From an uncultured archaeon (GTDB taxonomy: Archaea; Thermoproteota; Nitrososphaeria_A; Caldarchaeales; Wolframiiraptoraceae): a stretch of 64,000 nucleotides of DNA. A model generated the notes under the pieces. It did not search any database, was not told the origin of the DNA, and saw only the letters and a list, made by a program, of their open reading frames with translations. Positions 59,824-64,000 of this stretch are shown piece after piece. Position 1 is the stretch's first letter. Each line of letters starts with the position of its first letter. Made by a program: the position numbers and the translations under genes. The DNA is taken from assembly GCA_938083505.1 (NCBI GenBank), contig CALKCF010000007.1, positions 96,001 to 160,000 of the forward strand, read 5' to 3'.

Positions 59824-61632
59824 TTGGATAAAATACTGGAAGCGTTAGCCTCACCTATAAGGATTGAGATGCTGAAACAACTCTCTAAACATGATATGAA
59901 CTACACGGAATTGATACGCTCAGTGGGCATGAATCCTCAGAAAGATGCAGGAAAGTTCTCTTACCACTTGAAGAAGCTTCTCAGCTCTAAGCTCATAAGA
60001 ATTAATGAGAAGACGAAACTTTATGAGCTTTCTCATAGCGGTAGGGCAATGCTTGATGTAATTGAACAGGCAATAAGGAAGCTAGCAGGCTCGGACTTAC
60101 TGATTGTCAGACGTAGCGAGTGCTCGATAGAACCCTTTGATAAGAATAAGATAGTGAACGCTTTGGTCAAGGAAGCTGGCATGCCAGCAAAACTTGCCCA
60201 TAAAGTCGCATCCATCGTGGAAGAAAAGCTTCTTGACCTTAAAATAGAGTACCTATCCGCACCCTTGATTAGGGAAATTGTAAACTCCATTTTGATAGAC
60301 CAAGGGTTAGAAAAGTACAGACATAAGCTTACAAGGGTTGGCATGCCCATTTATGATGTCGCTCAGACGATCAAGAACGCTTCAAAGCAAGGTGGAACCA
60401 CCGCTATCATGAAGTCTGCGGCAAATTCGGTTTTGAAGGAGTACGTGCTACTTAACGTGCTGCCAAGAAACGTAGCTGACGCTTATCTCTCCGGAATGGT
60501 AGACATTTGCTTTCTGGAATCATGGGTTACGTCAATTTATGGTAAGGCATACGATATACGTACACTAAATGATGCTGAGGGCGCAGATATGCGCGAGGCA
60601 CTCATAATGAATTTCATGAGAGATGTGTTTGCTGTTGAAAAAGAATTTCTTCTTTACAATCTTAACGACGTTATGGCGAACAAAAAATTATTAAAACAAC
60701 TTGTATCGGCACTCGTAAAAACTTCATCCCTAAGTATGTTTGAGGACCCTAAGTTTGTGCTTAACGTTGTCGAGAACTCGGAATGTGTAGAAGATTTTAT
60801 AGAGAGTTTTGACAAGTATCAAAAGGATAACATCTCAATTGTATTAAGTAAAGATTTGATTGAGAGAATGTCCACACGTTACATTTCCAAAGAGGGGCTC
60901 GAATTAATATTCTCAAGATGTCCCAAATCAGAGATTTTAACGAGCGATGGATACAAAATCTCCATTAAGGATGCAGAAAATACCGAAAGCTTTCTATGTG
61001 GTGTGGCCGTGTTGAATATGCCAAGGTTGGCACTGCAGTCTGCGGGCAACGAGGAAGAATTTATGGAGTCCGTGAGAAGAACTATGCAGTTTATTATAAC
61101 AGCCTTTATAAAGAAGATGAACCTGACAGACGTGCTTTATGGGGACGTAAACATAAAACACCAATTTATAGTATCACCATGCGGCATGTTCGAGGCGATA
61201 AAATGCTTAACGGGAAAATATCCGACCAACGAATCTTCCGATATTTTGTTAAATGTGTTGAGGGAAATGGTTAAGCTGACGTTGAAGAGCTCTAAAAAGA
61301 ACTTCCAAACAGGGGTCGCTAATGTCTGTCCCCCACAATCCTCTAAGAGGATGACCAAGTCTGATATAGAGAGGTTTGGCTTCAAAACGATATCGAGCCT
61401 ATCCTTCCATGCAATGACATCTAACTTTGCCTATTCGACAACCATCGTGCCCCATGACGCGAAAATGCCGCAGGAAGATAGGCTACAGCTTGAGGTAAAA
61501 GTCGCCAACGTTTTGAACGGTGGTTATATGGTAATGCTGTCTAAACCTTCGAAGGACAAGGAAGCACAAGAAACCATCAACATTATCAAGAGGTACTTAG
61601 AAGCCGGCTGCGATTCCCTAAAATTCATTTAG
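59824..61632 (+). CDS. ArsR-like wHTH + ATP-cone + degenerate class III ribonucleotide reductase (NrdD-like) fusion
   Basis: ALASPIRIEML...YHLKKL wHTH; VRRS...EPFDKNKI...L.APLIREIVN ATP cone; NrdD remnants LTRVGMPIYDV, LNMPRLA, LNGG; no glycyl-radical loop. Confidence 0.8.
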   Translation: MDKILEALASPIRIEMLKQLSKHDMNYTELIRSVGMNPQKDAGKFSYHLKKLLSSKLIRINEKTKLYELSHSGRAMLDVIEQAIRKLAGSDLLIVRRSECSIEPFDKNKIVNALVKEAGMPAKLAHKVASIVEEKLLDLKIEYLSAPLIREIVNSILIDQGLEKYRHKLTRVGMPIYDVAQTIKNASKQGGTTAIMKSAANSVLKEYVLLNVLPRNVADAYLSGMVDICFLESWVTSIYGKAYDIRTLNDAEGADMREALIMNFMRDVFAVEKEFLLYNLNDVMANKKLLKQLVSALVKTSSLSMFEDPKFVLNVVENSECVEDFIESFDKYQKDNISIVLSKDLIERMSTRYISKEGLELIFSRCPKSEILTSDGYKISIKDAENTESFLCGVAVLNMPRLALQSAGNEEEFMESVRRTMQFIITAFIKKMNLTDVLYGDVNIKHQFIVSPCGMFEAIKCLTGKYPTNESSDILLNVLREMVKLTLKSSKKNFQTGVANVCPPQSSKRMTKSDIERFGFKTISSLSFHAMTSNFAYSTTIVPHDAKMPQEDRLQLEVKVANVLNGGYMVMLSKPSKDKEAQETINIIKRYLEAGCDSLKFI

Positions 61633-61999
61633 ACTTTAGCAAAAGAATTGCCTTTGCTAAATCTCCGCCTACTTCTATGAGTGTCCTCTTTGCCTCCTCC
61701 TCAGACACACCTGCCTGGAGCGCCACGATGGCTATGTCGTCTGGCGACGGTTCGTAGACTGGAGCTTTTTCTTCACTTACTGTAACTTTCTGCTCAGAAA
61801 CCTCGCCACCTATGATCTGATAGACCTTTTCTCCACCAACTTGTAAAATCACGACGGTGGGCTCTTTTATTACTATGTCCCTATCCGGCAGACGAAGCAC
61901 AACCTCCTTAGCAACGTTTTGCTCTGTAACATCAAGACCCAAACTACTAAGTAGCTTTGATTGTATCCTTCTAAGTTCGCGCGAGCTCAACTTTCTCAT
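61625..61999 (-). CDS. nac: Nascent polypeptide-associated complex protein
   Basis: EVVL..PD..IVI..P.V...VYQI.G NAC domain and UBA domain ..QAGVSEEEA...GDLAKAIL. Confidence 0.9.
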   Translation of the reverse strand: MRKLSSRELRRIQSKLLSSLGLDVTEQNVAKEVVLRLPDRDIVIKEPTVVILQVGGEKVYQIIGGEVSEQKVTVSEEKAPVYEPSPDDIAIVALQAGVSEEEAKRTLIEVGGDLAKAILLLKSK

Positions 62000-62466
62000 A
62001 GGGCTTCACTCCTAAACTTTCTAACCTTCACGGCTAAGCCCCGTCTAAATTTACCCATTTCACAACCGCTAATCACGGCCTTACCCACGGCTAGTAGTTC
62101 GCCTTTATCGTTTTCTATGATAACTTCGTCGCCTGGCAGAATCTTTGGGTCAGCCTTAAGAACATGCTTAGAAAATAAGGACTTACCCTCGGCGATGAAT
62201 TTGGTAGCATCATCTGATGCTATGACCTTAAACCTACCATACGGTAGCAATTCCCTCAATCTCATAGCACCTTCAACTGTCAATGCTATCAAGCCGTCAT
62301 TGCACCTAATAGTCGCCAGAAGCTTGCCGTTCAAGTATACTCTCCTGGGTTTACCTGTACGTTTTGATACCTCGATAACGACGTTGTCCGGGAAAAGGTG
62401 TTCGCCTACATCCATTCCGAATTGGTAATTCGAAATCGCCCTGATCACGTCCAACAACTCAGCCAC
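61996..62466 (-). CDS. PUA-domain RNA-binding protein (archaeosine TGT C-terminal-like)
   Basis: YQFG, SKRTGKPRRVY, GKSLFSKHV..AD..I.PGDEV, AVKVR. Confidence 0.85.
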   Translation of the reverse strand: MAELLDVIRAISNYQFGMDVGEHLFPDNVVIEVSKRTGKPRRVYLNGKLLATIRCNDGLIALTVEGAMRLRELLPYGRFKVIASDDATKFIAEGKSLFSKHVLKADPKILPGDEVIIENDKGELLAVGKAVISGCEMGKFRRGLAVKVRKFRSEAL

Positions 62467-63712
62467 CCTCTATCCTGAACGATTTAACCAGACTGAGCCT
62501 CTTCAACTTTTCGGCTAAGTAGTTAGGCGTCTCAACTTTTAACTCTATGAGTCCACCTTCATATTTCAATTCTAAAACATTTGACTTTTCGCATATCTCA
62601 GATAAGACTTTTACAGAACTTTCATCGCTTCCGTCTAACTTGGCTGTTGCTATTACGTAATTTCCCATCATCGAGGCTATATTTTGCTCTAGGAGGTCTA
62701 TGTTAGTACGGTACAAGGCCGATATCATCACATATGGTAGGGCCAGACCGAGCTTCTCAACTTTTTTTTCGGCATCGCCTACGAGGTCTATCTTGTTTAA
62801 TATGACAAGCATCGGTATGGAGTGCGCTCCTATCAAGCCTAAAGTTTCTAGCGAATAGGTGAGCTTCTCCTTAATAACTTCTATAGGTTCTGAAAAATCT
62901 GCGACCAAAAGTATTAGATCCGAGAATAGTATCTCGCTCAACGTGGAATGAAATGCATCGATAAGCATTGACGGTAGGTTTTTGATGAATCCTACGGTAT
63001 CGGATAGGAACGCACTTTTACCTCTTATCTTGACAAGCCTTATCGTCGTGGATAATGTTGTGAAGAGCCTGTTATCAACTGGCACGTTTTCTGATGTCAG
63101 CGCGTTGAAGAGCGTCGATTTGCCAGCATTAGTGTAACCAACAAGCGATATTGTTGGAATTCCGTACTTTTCTCTTCTAAGCCTGAACAATTCGCGCCTT
63201 TTCTTTATGCTGGCCAGCTTTTTAGTTAACGTATGTATTCTCTTGTTGATCTCGTTATAATAAACGTCAGCTTCATAAGCACCAAGTCCGTGGAAACCTG
63301 GCTGTTCGCCCATTTTCGCAAGCCTAACTTTTTCCCTAGCTCTCGAGAGTTCGTATTTTAGCTCCGCTAACTTAATTTGCAACTTAGCTTCTTTTGAGGA
63401 AGCGTGCAGGGAAAATATTTCCAGTATTAGTTGGGTTCTTGACATAACAGGGACACCAAGGGCTTTTGCCAGGTTATATTCTTGTACGGTCTTTACGTCA
63501 TTTTCAAAAATCACCTTTTCTACGTTTAATCTTTTGACGACGTCCTTTAACTCTGCTAGCTTTCCAGGCCCAATATTATACTTTGGGTGCGGGTAGCGAC
63601 GCTGCGCGAGCTCATATACTACCTCGTAGCCTGCAGTTACACATAACTCCCTAAGCTCGTTTAAGTTCGGCTTCTCACCAGGCCGTATACAATGAACTAT
63701 TGCTACCCTCAA
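62459..63712 (-). CDS. hflX: GTPase HflX
   Basis: GYTNAGKST, LFTTL, DTVGFI, NKID. Confidence 0.95.
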   Translation of the reverse strand: MRVAIVHCIRPGEKPNLNELRELCVTAGYEVVYELAQRRYPHPKYNIGPGKLAELKDVVKRLNVEKVIFENDVKTVQEYNLAKALGVPVMSRTQLILEIFSLHASSKEAKLQIKLAELKYELSRAREKVRLAKMGEQPGFHGLGAYEADVYYNEINKRIHTLTKKLASIKKRRELFRLRREKYGIPTISLVGYTNAGKSTLFNALTSENVPVDNRLFTTLSTTIRLVKIRGKSAFLSDTVGFIKNLPSMLIDAFHSTLSEILFSDLILLVADFSEPIEVIKEKLTYSLETLGLIGAHSIPMLVILNKIDLVGDAEKKVEKLGLALPYVMISALYRTNIDLLEQNIASMMGNYVIATAKLDGSDESSVKVLSEICEKSNVLELKYEGGLIELKVETPNYLAEKLKRLSLVKSFRIEGG

Positions 63713-63744
63713 AGGCTTATATATAGTACTTTTTATGATTTATA

Positions 63745-63999
63745 TCAACCTTCCTTCTTTTCGGCTTCGAGCTTCTTCATAATATCGCCCAACGTATACC
63801 CACCAAGTTGTGGTTTGCTGAGAAATGGCTTATACTGATAATCCTCCACCTCACTCACCTCTTCTATTATCTGTATTTTCAAAAACTTCTCGAGCTTCTT
63901 AGCAAGCTCGATGGGGGGTTTGACTTCTCCCTGTTCGATTTTCTTAATGAGCGTTACTTTCTCGTTTAATTGCGTAGCAAGCTCCTCTTGTGACAAACC
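63745..63999 (-). CDS. mbf1: Multiprotein bridging factor aMBF1 (partial; 5' end outside the window)
   Basis: GLSQEELA..LNEK..LIKKIE.G..KP HTH and TLGD motif; upstream of hflX. Confidence 0.88.
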   Translation of the reverse strand, partial: GLSQEELATQLNEKVTLIKKIEQGEVKPPIELAKKLEKFLKIQIIEEVSEVEDYQYKPFLSKPQLGGYTLGDIMKKLEAEKKEG

Positions 64000-64000
64000 C

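Noticed and set aside
59824-61632. Annotation as a functional anaerobic ribonucleotide reductase (nrdD)
   Set aside because: No glycyl-radical motif, no GCR finger loop, and no activase in the window.
1-64000. CRISPR arrays, rRNA genes, IS elements, proviral genes
   Set aside because: Intergenic gaps are all short (about 200 nt or less, apart from those holding tRNAs); no regularly spaced repeats or transposase/integrase/capsid motifs were seen.

Overview
Gene-dense archaeal chromosomal window, mostly housekeeping. No CRISPR array, rRNA gene, integrase or transposase was seen. Marker content (stand-alone CdvB/ESCRT-III, no ftsZ before secE-spt5-rpl11, Dph5-DUF357 fusion, uL10 without acidic tail, GatDE, two thermosome subunits, CofE) suggests a TACK archaeon related to Nitrososphaeria/Aigarchaeota; this is inference only. 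Main blocks: (1) 1-10.2 kb, hdrCBA-mvhDGA-maturation protease, then a NarI/HdrE-type cytochrome b and a truncated HdrD/DsrK-like gene, with divergent hypF; (2) TrmB-UPF0182-membrane sHsp converging on a thermosome gene, then tRNA-Glu; (3) RNA m5C methyltransferases, an atypical ureohydrolase and a GT-C fusion; (4) a nurA-herA-ogg operon divergent from a trio of related winged-helix proteins; (5) gatDE, tRNA-Ala, second thermosome-rpoK, padR-ino1, HDAC, dph5, topoisomerase IA, cdvB, cimA; (6) secE-spt5-rpl11-rpl1-rpl10 and mbf1-hflX-PUA-nac. Best novelty candidates are an HTH/ATP-cone/catalytically dead class III ribonucleotide reductase fusion (59824-61632), possibly a nucleotide-sensing regulator, and the wHTH trio linked to an orphan NurA-HerA pair. 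All calls come from reading motifs by eye; no searches were run.
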